A DNA stretch of 64,000 nt from Octopus sinensis (GCF_006345805.1 NC_043009.1:42656001-42720000); one strand, 5' to 3'. Numbered from the stretch's first letter, positions 39,225 through 51,870 are shown. Notes: a model not told the origin generated them from the letters alone. Numbers and translations are program-made.

Positions 39225-39829
39225 AAATATAGATGGCTTCATCCAATTTCCTGGATCTCTAGAAACACACATGGAGGAAGGACCATGTAAGTAAAATTGA
39301 ATAAACCAACAATCACATCTATGGCAATGCCCAGCATGGCCACAGCCTCTGGTTGAAACAAGTATAATTAAAAGTAAAATTACACACATTATGCCATTGC
39401 TTCTAGTTATCTATGAGTCTTTTTAAATTATTATATCCTTTCATTTTAATTGTTTTCGATATCTTATTTCAATTATAATTTAAATTCTTTGTTTAAATTC
39501 ATTATTTTTTGTTACATTTTTGTTTTTTTTTTACTTTTATAATAAGCCATTTTATATATATTTCCCATATTTTGTTTATTGATTTTGAAAGACATAAATT
39601 AATATTTATTTCGCTATTAAAAGTTTTGTATGATTTTAAAAAATGTATTCAGATCTTCATTAAGTTTAATCACATTTTATTATTTTCTTCTTTTCCTCAA
39701 TTTTTAAAAGAAATATGTATTATATTTATAATTATATATTTTTCGTTATTTATTTTTCTCTTCTTGTTTTCCTATTATTTTAAAAATTTGTTTTAATGCT
39801 TTCCTTTTTGTCCTTTCATTTTTGTCAGT

Positions 39830-39989
39830 TCTTCTTCTTCTTCTTCTTCTTCTTCTTTTTCTACTTCTTCTACTTCTCCTCCTCCTCCTCCTTCTTCTTC
39901 TTCTCCTCCTCCTTCTTCTCCTCCTCCTTCTTCTTCTTCTTCTTCTTCTTCTCCTCCTCCACCCCCTCCTCCTTCTCCTCCTCCTCCTC

Positions 39990-40023
<34 letters not shown>

Positions 40024-40090
40024 TTCTTCTCTTCTTCTTCTTCTTCTTCTTCTTCTTATTATTATTATTATTATTATTATTATCATTATT
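39830..40090. repeat. (CTT)/(CCT)n grading into (ATT)n
   Basis: Directly visible; source of the poly-R/E/G/L ORFs. Confidence 0.95.
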
Positions 40091-40986
40091 GAGGTGGCGA
40101 GCTGGCAGAATCATTAGCATACTGTGCAAAATGCTTAGCAGCATTTCATCCGTCCTTACGTTCTGAGTCCAAATTCCACCGAGGTCGACTTTGCCTTTCA
40201 TCCTTTTTGTGAGGTGTCAATAAAATAAGTACCAGCGAGACACTGGGATCGATGAAATCAACTCATCCTCTCCTCCAAAATTGCTGCCCTTATGGCAAAA
40301 TTTGAAACCATCATTATTATTATCAAGGCAATGAGCTGGCAAAATTGTTAGCACGTCAGGTGAAATGCTTAGTGGTATTTTGTCGGAATTCATGTTCTGA
40401 GTTCATATTCTGCTACGGTTAACTTTGCCTTTCATCCTTTCGGGGTCAATAAATTAAATGCTAGTGAAATATTAGGGTTGATTTAATTGATTAGTCCCCC
40501 CTCCCAAAATTTTAGGCTTTGTGCCTTTAGTAGAAAAGATCATTATTATTAGTATTAGTATTAAGAAAGTCTGCGAGCTGGCAGAAACGTTAGCAAACCG
40601 GGCGAAATGCTTAGCGGAATTTTGTCTGCTGTTATGTTCTGAGTTCAAATTACGCCGAGGTCGATTGCCTTTCATCCTTTCGGGGTCGATAAATTAAATA
40701 CCAGTTACGCACTGGGGTCGATGTAATCGATTTAATCCGTTTGTCTGTCCTTGTTTGTCCCCTCTGTGTTTAGCCCCTTGTGGGCAATAAGTAACATTAG
40801 CATGTTGCGCAAAATGCTTAGCACCATTTCGTCTGTTTTTACATTCTGAGTTCGAATTCCACCGAGGTTGACTTTACTTTTCATCCTTTTGGGGTCGATA
40901 AATTAAGTACCAGTTGAACACTGGGGTCGATGTAATTGACTTACCCACTCCCCAAAATTACTAGTCATGTGCCAAAATTTGAAATC
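40091..40986 (+). mobile_element. Tandem array of four SINE B copies (40091-40309, 40325-40539, 40563-40790, 40791-40986)
   Basis: Repeated gagctggcag..gagttcaaatt..ctttcatcc..gtcgataaa cores with (ATT)n spacers. Confidence 0.9.
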
Positions 40987-41333
40987 ATCATCATGATCAT
41001 CATTATTATTGTTGTTGTTGTTGTTATATTCCTCTTAAATATTTTTGGAGTAGTTATGGTTGAAATGTAAGACAAATACATCTTTCTTCCCTCTTTGTTG
41101 CTAATCTGTCTTTCTCTTGAATTAGTTAGCATCATGGGCTATTTCAGAATCGGAAGGAATGTTTCCTTCTTTTAGAATTCTTTGTATGGACCAAAATTCC
41201 ATCTATTTTAACAAACCAAAGAATTTCTTTATTTGTGAATCTGCAAAAAAATAATAATAATAAAATAAATAAAACCCCAAAAAATAGATATCATAATAAT
41301 AATGATGATGATGATGATGATAATAATAATAAT

Positions 41334-41395
<62 letters not shown>

Positions 41396-42233
41396 TATAA
41401 AAATAATAATAATGATGATGATGATGATTATAATAAATAAGAATAAATAAATAAATAAAAGTAGAAACTTTTAATTTAAAAGAATAAATAAAAAGAATTT
41501 TGTAAAGAAGTCTGATGAGAAAAAATAAAAGCAGGAGTAATAACGATTAGAGTGGTAGGAGGCTGATTAGACGATGGGGAGAAAGACAGAATAAGAGACA
41601 GATAGAGAGTAAGTACAAGAGAGGTGGAGAGAGTGAGAGAGAAAAGGGGGCAATGATATTTATGAGAAAGGAGCACAATGAGAAAGTAATAAATACATAT
41701 GTATATGTGTGTGTGTGTGCGTGTATGTGCATGTGTGTGTGTGTATGTGTGTGTGTGTGTGTGTGTGTATGTGTGTGTGTGTTTATTTGTCTGTCTCTGT
41801 GTGTGTATTTGCATCTATGAGTTTGTGAATGTGCATATGAGTGAGCATTTATATGCATGTATATATATATGTGCCAATATATGAATGTAAGTATTTATGT
41901 ATGCATCTATGTATGTATGACTTGATGGATGCATGCGTACATCTATTTAAGTCTAAGTGTGTGTTTGTGCATATACTCTTTTTACTTATTTCAGTCATTT
42001 TGACTGCGGCCATGCTGGAGCACCGCCTTTAGTCGAAACAAATCGACCCCAGGACTTATTCTTTGTAAGCCTAGTACTTATTCTATCGGTCTCTTTTGCC
42101 GAACCGCTACGTTACGGGGATGTAAACATACCAGCATCGGTTGTAAAACAATGTTGAGGGGAACAAACACAGACACACAAACACACACACACACACACAC
42201 ACACTCATATATATATATATATATATATATATA

Positions 42234-42439
42234 CTTTATTTTAAGCAGCAGAAAATTCTGAGTTTCTCGTTGCCGTTCATCAGACAGTTTTTGCAAAAAC
42301 TGTCTGATGAACGGCAACGAGAAACTCAGAGTAACAGATTTTGTTGAATTTTCTGCTGCTTAAAATAAAGCATATTACTCTACCACTGGTATTTGAGTAC
42401 TCTTTTTTCCACCTTGTTTCACATTTATGTGTTTACTCC

Positions 42440-42441
<2 letters not shown>
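42234..42441. mobile_element. Penelope-type terminal-repeat remnant with inverted 5' duplication (contains a perfect 74-bp palindrome, 42257-42330)
   Basis: Left arm 42234-42293 is the reverse complement of 42294-42370 minus 17 nt; (TA)n on both sides. Confidence 0.7.
42293..42344 (+). ncRNA. Minimal type I hammerhead ribozyme (predicted cleavage after GUA, 42333)
   Basis: Stem I gcaaaaactgt/acagattttgt; CUGAUGA at 42304-42310; stem II A-CG-GCAA-CG-A; GAAAC at 42321; quasi-palindromic stem III ACUCAGAGU; GUA triplet. Confidence 0.75.
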
Positions 42442-42484
<43 letters not shown>

Positions 42485-42692
42485 GACAGGCTTCTTTCAG
42501 TTTCCGTCTACTAAATCCACTCACAAGACTTTGGTCGGCCCGAGACTATAGTATAAGACACTTGCCCAAGGTGCCACGCAGTGGGACTGAACCTGGAACC
42601 ATGTGGTTCGTAAGCAAGCTACTTACCACACAGCCACTCCTACGCCTATGTATACAAATTTTATTTACATGTAAAAATTAGTGGGGATGGGG

Positions 42693-42904
42693 GACGGTGA
42701 GCTGGCAGAATTGTTAGCACGCCGGGCAAAATGTTTAGTGGCATTTTGTCCATCTTTACGTTTTGAGTTCAAATTCCACCGAAGTCAGATTTACCTTTCA
42801 TCGTTTTGGGAATCAATAAATTAACTGCTTGCTGCATACTGGGGTTAATATAATCAATTTACCACCCCACCAAAATTGCTAGTCTTGTGCTAAAATTTGA
42901 AATC
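42693..42904 (+). mobile_element. SINE family B copy
   Basis: gagctggcagaattgttagc..gagttcaaattcc..gtgctaaaatttgaaatc. Confidence 0.85.
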
Positions 42905-42985
42905 GATATTAGTGTGTGTGTGTTTGTGTCTAAATATGTCTGTATATTTACATATATACATATATATACATATCTATATCTACAA

Positions 42986-43018
<33 letters not shown>

Positions 43019-43030
43019 TGTATATCTATA

Positions 43031-43192
43031 CCTTATGTTAACGTGTATAAGGAACCCTTTTTTGTCAAAAATTAGGTTAAAAATGTATGGGAGTTTCTTA
43101 TACATGGCTAGTATTATAATACTTCACAAAACATTTTTGCCAAATTTTAAGACCCCAGAATTAGGGGGTTCCTTATACATATTAAAATACGG
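43031..43192. mobile_element. MITE with TA target duplication (Tc1/mariner/pogo-type)
   Basis: ta|ccttatgttaacgtgtataaggaaccc ... gggttccttatacatattaaaatacgg|ta. Confidence 0.7.
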
Positions 43193-43675
43193 TATATATC
43201 TATATGTGTGTGTGTGTGTGTGTGTGTATATATAATAGTTCAAATTTACAGAAACGCAAAAGATGAAGACAAGTAAGGGAACAATGAGCAGGTGTATTAG
43301 TTTGAATCTTAGGTGTATATGTGTGTGTGTCTGTCTGTGTCTGTGTGCGAGCATGTGTCTGGACATCTACAAGTGTGTGCATTAATATGTGGATGCATCT
43401 ATCTATATATAATCTATGTGCATTTATATGTGTGTGTTTGTGAGTGTTTCTTTGTGTGTATGTATACGTATGTGTGTCTAGGTGTGTAAGTTTTTGTATG
43501 AGTATACGAATATATGCGTAAGTACGAATGCATGTGAACATACGATTGTGTGCATATGTATGTATGAATGAGAGAATGTGCCTGTGTGTGAGGGAATGTA
43601 TGCATGCATGTGTATGTCTGTACGTGTGAATCAATATATGTTTATGCAATATATATATGTTTATGTATATAAGTA

Positions 43676-43834
43676 CAAGAGTGGCTGTGTGGTAAGTAGC
43701 TTGCTTACCTACTATATGGTTCCGAGTTCAGTTCCACTGCATGCACCTTGGGCAAAGTGTCTTCTACTATAGCCTCAGGCCGACCAAAGCCTTGTAAGTA
43801 GATTTGGTAGACGGAAACTAAAAGAAGCCCGTCG

Positions 43835-43916
<82 letters not shown>

Positions 43917-44124
43917 TTGTGTATCTGCGTTTGTCCCCCCGACATCGCTTGACAACCAATGCTGGTGTGTTTGCATCCCCATAACTTAGCAGTTCGGCAA
44001 AAGAGACTGATAAAATAAGTACTAGGCTTACAGAGAAAAAGTCATGAGGTCGATTTGCTCGACTAAAAGGCGGTGCTCCAGCCTGGCCGCATTCACATGA
44101 CTGAAACAAGTAAGAGTAAAAGAG
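43676..44124 (+). mobile_element. SINE family A full copy
   Basis: Complete family structure with expanded internal (TA)n. Confidence 0.9.
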
Positions 44125-44229
44125 TATACATAAACACATATTAATAAAATAATGTGCGTGTGTGTGTGTCTATATCTGTAAGATAATGTATGTGTGTATA
44201 TGCTTAAAAGTAAGTTGAGGATTATAGAG

Positions 44230-44950
44230 GAGATAATATGAATGAAGAGAGGCAGGAAGAGAAAGACAAAGAGAGAGAGGAACAGAAAGACAAAGAGAAT
44301 AGAGAGAGAGAAAGACGAAGAGAGAGAGAGATGGACAGAGAGAAAAGACAGAGAGATAGAGAGAGAGGGAACGAAAAATAGAGAAAGTGAAGGAGAAAGT
44401 GAATAAGAAGCAAAGATTTATGAAGAAGAGAAAGAAAACAATGGTTGGAGGTAAGGGAAGAGGAGAGAGATATTGGGAGGACATGGAAGAGAGGAAGAAG
44501 GAGGAAGAGGATGAGATGGAAGCCGAGGGGAAAGAAATGGTGGAGCAAAAAATGGAGAGTGAGGAGAAAGAAGAGAGTTGAAAGAAGAGGACAAAAAACA
44601 GAGGAGAGGAGGGAGAGGGCGGAGAAAGTGGGGAGAGGTAAGAGAAAGAGTGAGTGGAGGTGAGGGAAGAAGGTGATGGGAGGAGGAGTAGAAGAAGAAG
44701 GGAAGGAGGAAGATGTGAAGGAAAATTATAGATACTAAAATATGAAAGTGAAAATTATAAGGAGAAAGGGTAAGAAAGATAAGGACTGAGGGGGAGGAAA
44801 GAGAGAGAATTATGAGGAATAAGAGCACACCTGGGGAAGAAGTGGGAAACGAGAAGTGAAAGGAGAGAATGGAGAGAAATTGGAAGAAATATTAAAGAAA
44901 ATGATAAAAAAAATCTAGGGCAAATAAGGGAGGGAAAATGACAGAAAGAA
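44230..44950. repeat. Degenerate polypurine (GA-rich) tract
   Basis: About 700 nt of almost only A and G on the plus strand. Confidence 0.9.
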
Positions 44951-45025
44951 ATAGAGCTGAAACGTGTGTGTATAAATACATATGTGTATACACATCTGTG
45001 CATACACTCACACACACATATATAT

Positions 45026-45322
45026 AAATGATTTTTGGTATTTTTTTAAATGCCAAAACAATTCAAGTTATAAGAAATAACACAGATTGATAGTTTCTCC
45101 TTTTACCTTGTATTTCAATATTTCGGGCTTAGGATCCCGTTTTCAGGAAATAGAGTATTAGTGTTATGAGAAGTAACCTCACAGCACAATTTCTCTGAAG
45201 ATTTCCTCAAGAAGGGGTCCTAACCATAGAATATTGAAATACAAAGAAAAAGTTCAAACCATTGACTTGTATTACTTCATATAACTTCCTTTACTTTGGT
45301 TTAAAAAAAAGTCAAAATCATT
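45026..45322. mobile_element. Imperfect foldback (palindromic MITE-like) element
   Basis: aaatgatttt..aagttata..ttgtatttcaatatt..ttaggatccc mirrored by gggtcctaa..aatattgaaatacaa..tataactt..aaaatcattt. Confidence 0.6.
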
Positions 45323-45704
45323 TTTTTATATCAATGCTCCATAAAAACTATATATAAATACATATCATTGCTATAATGCAAAAGTGTCATAAGTCCAAAA
45401 TGTTGCTCTTTCAGAAAACGACAAATTAGTTTTACCATTCCATAGCAAAACCATTGTACTACACTTTGACAATTTTCGATACCTTGACATCTGAAGGAGC
45501 TGAAAATACGATAGTTTGACCAAAAGAACCAGCTATTGTAATCAAAAATAAATATTGAAAAAAAAAAAACGCATATGGCCAAATTTGGACATAAAACAGT
45601 TTGAGGTAATAGCAACAATATGTAAATTTGTCTGAGTATAAGTGTGACTTGGATGTGCACATACATGAGCAAGTGTGTATATTCACTCGGTATGAGTGTG
45701 CTGT

Positions 45705-45928
45705 GAGCTGACAGAAACGTTAGCACGCCAGGCGAAATGCTTAGCGGTATTTCGTCTGCGTTACGTTGTGAGTTCAAATTCCGCCGAGGTCGACTTTGCT
45801 TTTCATCCTTTCGGGGTCGATAAATTAAGTACCAGTTACGCACTGGGGTCGATGTAATCGACTTAATACCTATGTCTGTTCTTGTTTGTCCCCTCGGTGT
45901 TTAGCCCCTTGTGGGTAATAAAGAAATA
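45705..45928 (+). mobile_element. SINE family B with a perfect 16-bp TSD
   Basis: ggtatgagtgtgctgt at 45689-45704 and 45929-45944. Confidence 0.95.
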
Positions 45929-46339
45929 GGTATGAGTGTGCTGTTACTTTCGACATGAGTTGCAATGTGCACTTTGTTTTTTTATTTAGTTTAAACATGT
46001 TATTTTGCACATGCCAAACTGTACCATTACGCAGAATACATTCAGCCATTAGGTCATACTTATACAATCACTAACACACCGATATACCGTACATCACTGA
46101 GTGTTTCCATACATACACACATACACTCACACGCAGACACGTACGCACATACATGCATATATATATATAATACATATACTCACCTACATATCAATAAACA
46201 CATTCACATCTATACATTGACGCTTATACATTTATCTACTCATTTCCATGTACATAGTTATATCTACACAGTTATATCGCTGAAAGTTCCATCATAAATA
46301 TACACTCCTATACATACATGAAGGCGTTAAAAACGCATT

Positions 46340-47050
46340 TAGTGAGATAGAATAATAATAATAATTATAATTTATACACTGTTCCATATGGAAAATGCAT
46401 ATTTGGCACGGTGGTTACATCTTGGAATTTTCCCATCATATTTATTCACTAGATTTTTATTACTCAGTAGAATACCCAGTGCTTCCTCAAGGCAGAGGTC
46501 ACATTTGTCGGATAGTGAAGTACATGGATGTGCGTTTTTTTTATTTTTGACCATTCTATTTGGTATTTAATCTTTGATTCTTTCAGTCCCCATATGAGGC
46601 CTGCCAGCGAGGTTGTGTGCCGTCTATTTGTTTTTTGGAACGACGAGATGTGGTTTCGATAACGGATTTTCAATTGGTTTTCAATGGCACCTATGTACAC
46701 GTAATTATGTTGAGATGTGTAGATTATGCATTTATACACTGTTTCTTTGAGCACATTGGTTCAGAAGCGGGCATGCGGATTTTCTACGGCATGTGCAGTT
46801 AATCGTGTTCTTATTATTCTTATGTTTATCTGGTGGCTTTTTGATTCTGTTTTCATGATGTTCCCGAGGCTTTGCTTAATTGGTAATCTGTTTTGTTGGA
46901 TCTTTTTGGATTATATATTTCAACTACATTGTCGCCGTCTTTTAAGCTATCTGACATTTTGTAGTCTATCTGTTGTTTATTTTGGTTATTGGTGTTAAAT
47001 CATGAGCAGTTTTAATTTGTTTGTTCTCTACCAGCAGACGTTGTTTGTAT
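46340..47050 (-). mobile_element. Penelope-like element, GIY-YIG endonuclease C-terminal region (frameshifted)
   Basis: CTCRRKSACPLLNQC|LKETVYKC..NYVYIG..RYRNHISSF..SLAGLIW.LKE..IEWS|CDLCLEE..NK..CNH. Confidence 0.85.
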
Positions 47051-47070
47051 GTTCAATTTCCTAGAAGATG

Positions 47071-47673
47071 AACCTCATCTTGGAAGATCTGTAGAGCTCA
47101 ATGAAGACATCCTGCAAAACCTAGTGGAACAAAATCCCATCGTGACTGTTGAGGAACTAGCAGAGAAGCTTGGATTTGGTCATTCAACCATTCATTAGCA
47201 CTTTGTCATCAGAAATGTCAGCAAATTGAGCCAATAGGTTCCTCACAAACTTTCTGAGTCTAATTACACAGTGAGTGAATGTGTGCTCTTCTTTGCTGGC
47301 ATGTCTCAGGAATGAACCTTTTTTTGTATAGAATTTTGAACAGGAAACAATGTTTGAATGGGAATTGCTACCCCTCCCACCATATTCGCCAGACAACCCC
47401 ATCTGATAATCATTTATTCTATAGTCTTCAAAATCATTTAGACGGAAAAAAATAAGAATTCTGTAGACGAGGTCAGAACAGTACTAGAGGAATATTTTTT
47501 GTCATGGACAAGGGAATTTTAGAAGAGGGACCTTGCAAGTCTACCAGATAGAGGAAAGAGCATTGTAGAAAATGATGGAGAGTATATTTCAGATTTTAAA
47601 AAAACTTTGTTTATCTTAATTTTGAAAACTAAAAGAAGCATAAAAAAACTGCATTATTTGTGGGATGACCCAA
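47071..47673 (+). mobile_element. Decayed mariner fragment with 3' TIR
   Basis: RSVELNEDILQNLVEQNPIVTVEELAEKLGFGHSTIH; ends cattatttgtgggatgacccaata. Confidence 0.8.
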
Positions 47674-48162
47674 TATATATCTATGGCATTAGGAAGGGCA
47701 TCCAACTGTACAAACCATACCAAAGCAGATATTGGAATTTAATGCACTCCTCTGGCCCATCAGATCCAGTGAGACCATCCAGTCCATAGCAGTATGGAAA
47801 GCAGACATTAGATGATGACAATAATGGTGATATATATATGTGGGTATATGCATGTGTATATGTGTGTATGTGTTTGTGCATGTGTCTGTGTGCATGTGTG
47901 CGTGTATGTCTCTGTGTGCATTTGTGTCGACATGTGTGTATTGTAAAGATCTTGTTGATTGGGACTCCAGCTTTTTCATAATAGTATATTCAACCAGCGA
48001 TTGAATGTCTCAGTCAACTTGAATTTTTCAATAGATTTAATTCTACTCTCACTATTGGGTGACCCCCATCTGTAAGTGTGTTTATACTATTCTGAAACTA
48101 GCTTTAAAAATAACATCACTTTAATATATACACCCATCCACCCGTATGTATATGTATATATA

Positions 48163-48199
<37 letters not shown>

Positions 48200-48203
<4 letters not shown>

Positions 48204-49600
48204 TACACACACACATATATATATATATACACATACATATACTCACACAAATATATACATAAAATAGGTGCCTGTGTGCATATGTGCCAGTATCCAAATT
48301 TGATATCCAATTTTCTCACAAAAAGCAACAACAAAAATATTTCCAATCTTAAGTGTTTATCAAGTGAAAAAGAGGGAAAACACACCAAAGTACTTATTTT
48401 CCTTGTTAATGTCAACAAACAAACACACACATACACACACACACAAACACATATGGGTGCAAAAGAGTTCTTGCGTTGTTTTGATGTAAAGTTCAGGGAA
48501 TTTAAAATCCATTGATATAGCATGGTTAAGCGGAATTTAATATTTCAAAAAACCCACCTCGGTACCAGATATTTTGTGACGATATTAGAGACCAATTCCA
48601 TCAGGTACATCAAACAAGAACGTTATCTATGTATTCCAACTTCGCATTCTTAAAAGGGAAAGCTTTTACTTAAGTACACAGACATTTTGCTATAGTTTTA
48701 AGTTAATGCATATGTATGTATATATATGTGTGTGTGTGTGTAAGTATGTATGGCATGTATGTATACGTATGTATGACTGTAAGTATGTATGTATGTATGT
48801 ATGTATGTATGTATGTATGTATGTATGTATGTATGTATGTATGTATGTATGTATGTATGTATGTATGTATGTATATGAGTGCATTTATGTATAAATATAA
48901 GTATGTATATATATATATATGTGTGTATTTATGACTGTAATGGATGTATATATGTATTTATTATGTATGCATATATATATATATATAATATATATATATA
49001 ATATATATATATATAATATATATATATATATTATATATATATATATACATATATACACACACACATATATATATATATACACATACATATACTCACACAA
49101 ATATATACATAAAATAGGTGCCTGTGTGCATATGTGCCAGTATCCAAATTGATATCCAATTTTCTCACAAAAAGCAACAACAAAAATATTTCCAATCTTA
49201 AGTGTTTATCAAGTGAAAAAGAGGGAAAACACACCAAAGTACTTATTTTCCTTGTTAATGTCAACAAACAAACACACACATACACACACACACAAACACA
49301 TATGGGTGCAAAAGAGTTCTTGCGTTGTTTTGATGTAAAGTTCAGGGAATTTAAAATCCATTGATATAGCATGGTTAAGCGGAATTTAATATTTCAAAAA
49401 ACCCACCTCGGTACCAGATATTTTGTGACGATATTAGAGACCAATTCCATCAGGTACATCAAACAAGAACGTTATCTATGTATTCCAACTTCGCATTCTT
49501 AAAAGGGAAAGCTTTTACTTAAGTACACAGACATTTTGCTATAGTTTTAAGTTAATGCATATGTATGTATATATATGTGTGTATTTATGACTGTAATGGA
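48200..49600. repeat. Near-identical tandem duplication, period ~850 bp
   Basis: aaaataggtg at 48261 and 49111; the ~450-nt complex block is identical by eye except one T in a homopolymer. Confidence 0.9.
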
Positions 49601-49775
49601 TGTATATATGTATTTATTATGTATGCATATATATATATATATATACATATATATATTTATTTATTTATGTATCTATGTATGCATGTATATAGGCATGTAG
49701 GCAAGTATCTAAGTATGTTTGAGTGTTATTATGTATGTATGTATGTATATGAGTGCATTTATGTATAAATATAAG

Positions 49776-49847
<72 letters not shown>

Positions 49848-50755
49848 AAGTATGTATGGCATGTATGTATACGTATGTATGACTGTAAGTATGTATGTAT
49901 GTATGTGCATGAGTGTGTTTTCTATTTATGTATATGACTATGTATGTAAGTGTTTTCATATTTATGTACATATTTATATATGATGATAAGTGCACATAGA
50001 TGTGTATGTATACATTATTTATGCATGAATGTTTGTAAGTATATATACATACACACACATATATACTATGTATGTATGTATGTATGTATGTATGTATGTA
50101 TGTATGTATTATGTATGTATGTATGTATGTATGTATGTACGTATGCTTGCGTACTAGTATTATATTGCATACATAGAAGCAGTGTTATACTAAACACCAT
50201 CATAAGGTACATTTAAAAATCATTTTAACATATATATATGCCATAAAATTTAATGACGATGTATACTATATTTATATATAGGGTAGAACATGAGAATGCA
50301 ATAGAAAAACAGTGTACATGCATTTATTAATATACCATTTAACTGCTTAGACATACATACATACTTGCATGGAGAACAGTTTTGAAACTTGAGGCTTCTC
50401 AACCCTGATTATGTATTTACTCTTATACTAATAATTATTAGTGCACTTGATATACAAAATGCCTAAATGATAATCTGGAAAAGCTAAGATTTTGAAGCAA
50501 AGAAATGGAGTAATATGTACTTTAGAGATATGATTTGTAAGTGGAACTATAAAAGTATGCAAGAATTTTTTAGTTTTGCAAGTGGCAATTATTGTTGTTG
50601 ATATGCAAATTCTAACCATGGAGCATTAATTTCTTTGTTTGAAACCAGTTCTCTGTTTCTAGGGAGAATTCTAATAAATAAATAACTAACTAAATAAATA
50701 AATAAAAGAAAGTGAAGTTATACATACATATTACACATATATACTTACATATATA

Positions 50756-50863
50756 CAAGGGTAGGTCATAATGATAGGACACATTTTAAATGCTAGAATC
50801 TTGGATTTTAAAAATGTCATAGAGTATTAATTCAAGATATTAGCATTTAAAATGTGTCCCCTG
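50756..50863. mobile_element. Short hairpin MITE relic
   Basis: Inverted repeat 50777-50803 / 50833-50859 (25/27); ends ta|caaggg ... ccctg|ta. Confidence 0.6.
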
Positions 50864-50874
50864 TATATGTATTT

Positions 50875-51870
50875 CATCATCATCATTTAATGTCTGCCAT
50901 CTATGCTAGCATGGGTTGGATGGCTTGACTAGTGCTGATAAGCCAGAAGGCTGCACCAGACTCCAGTCTGATTTAGCACGATTTCTATGGCTGGATACCC
51001 TTCCTAATGCCAACCACTCCAAGAGTGTAATTGATGCTTTTATGTGCCACCAGCACGGGTGCCATTTGTGTGACACCAGTATCTACCACAACTGTGATTT
51101 TGCTTGGCTTGGTGGGTTGTCTTCTCAAGCATGACATAATGCCAAAGGTCTCAGTCATTATCTCCATGAGACTCAACACTTGAAAGAAGTTCAACTACTT
51201 TGCCTTCGTGAGGCCCAATGCTTAAAAGGTGCTTTTTTACATGCCACCAGCATGGGTGCCAGTTACATGACACCAGCAACAGCCACAACTACAATTTTAC
51301 ATGGCTTGATGGGACTTCTCAAGCACAGTGTATCACCAACGGTTTCAGTCACTTGTCATTATCTTTGTGAGGCTCAAAGTTCGAAGATCATGCTTCACCA
51401 CTTCATCCCATGTCTTGTTAGGTCCATCTCTACCACAGGTTCCCTCCACAGTTGGAGATCAGTACTTCTTTATACAGCTGTCCTTGTCCATACACATCAC
51501 ATGACCATACCAGTGCAGTCATCTCTCTTGCACACCACATCTGATGCCTTTTATACCCAACTTTTCTCTTAAGATGCTTACACTCTATCAAACATGCACA
51601 TCCAGCAAAGCATACTGGCTTAATTTCTTTCAAGCCTAACATGTCCTCAGCAATCACTTCCCATGTTTCACCGCCATGTAGCATAGCTACATGGCATCAT
51701 TCAGTCTGTCTTTTACTCTGAGGGAGAGGCCCTTTGTTGCCAGCAGAGGTAGAAGCTCTCTGAACTTTGCCCAGCCTTATTCTCATAGCTATGCTCTCAG
51801 AGCATCCACACCACTACTAACTTGGCTACCTAGATAACAGACACTACTTACTACCTCTAGCTAAACCCAC
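50875..51870 (-). mobile_element. RTE LINE 3' region with 3' UTR and (ATG)n tail
   Basis: MLHGGETW..; minus-strand equivalent of the GHVMR and RGRPRKT block; tail catcatcatttaatgtc. Confidence 0.85.

Larger units (their letters stand above)
41975..42642 (-). mobile_element. Young SINE family A copy interrupted in its internal (TA)n by a 208-bp insertion
   Basis: 3' half at 41975-42180 and 5' half at 42483-42642, both near consensus. Confidence 0.9.

Noticed and set aside
39746-40201. Poly-R/E/G ORFs resembling SR or acidic proteins
   Set aside because: (CTT)/(CCT)n tract; the N-terminal MKGKVDLGGI comes from SINE B.
48560-48680. Minus-strand ag|...|gt exon-like segment in the duplicated block
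   Set aside because: Stop codons in all three frames.
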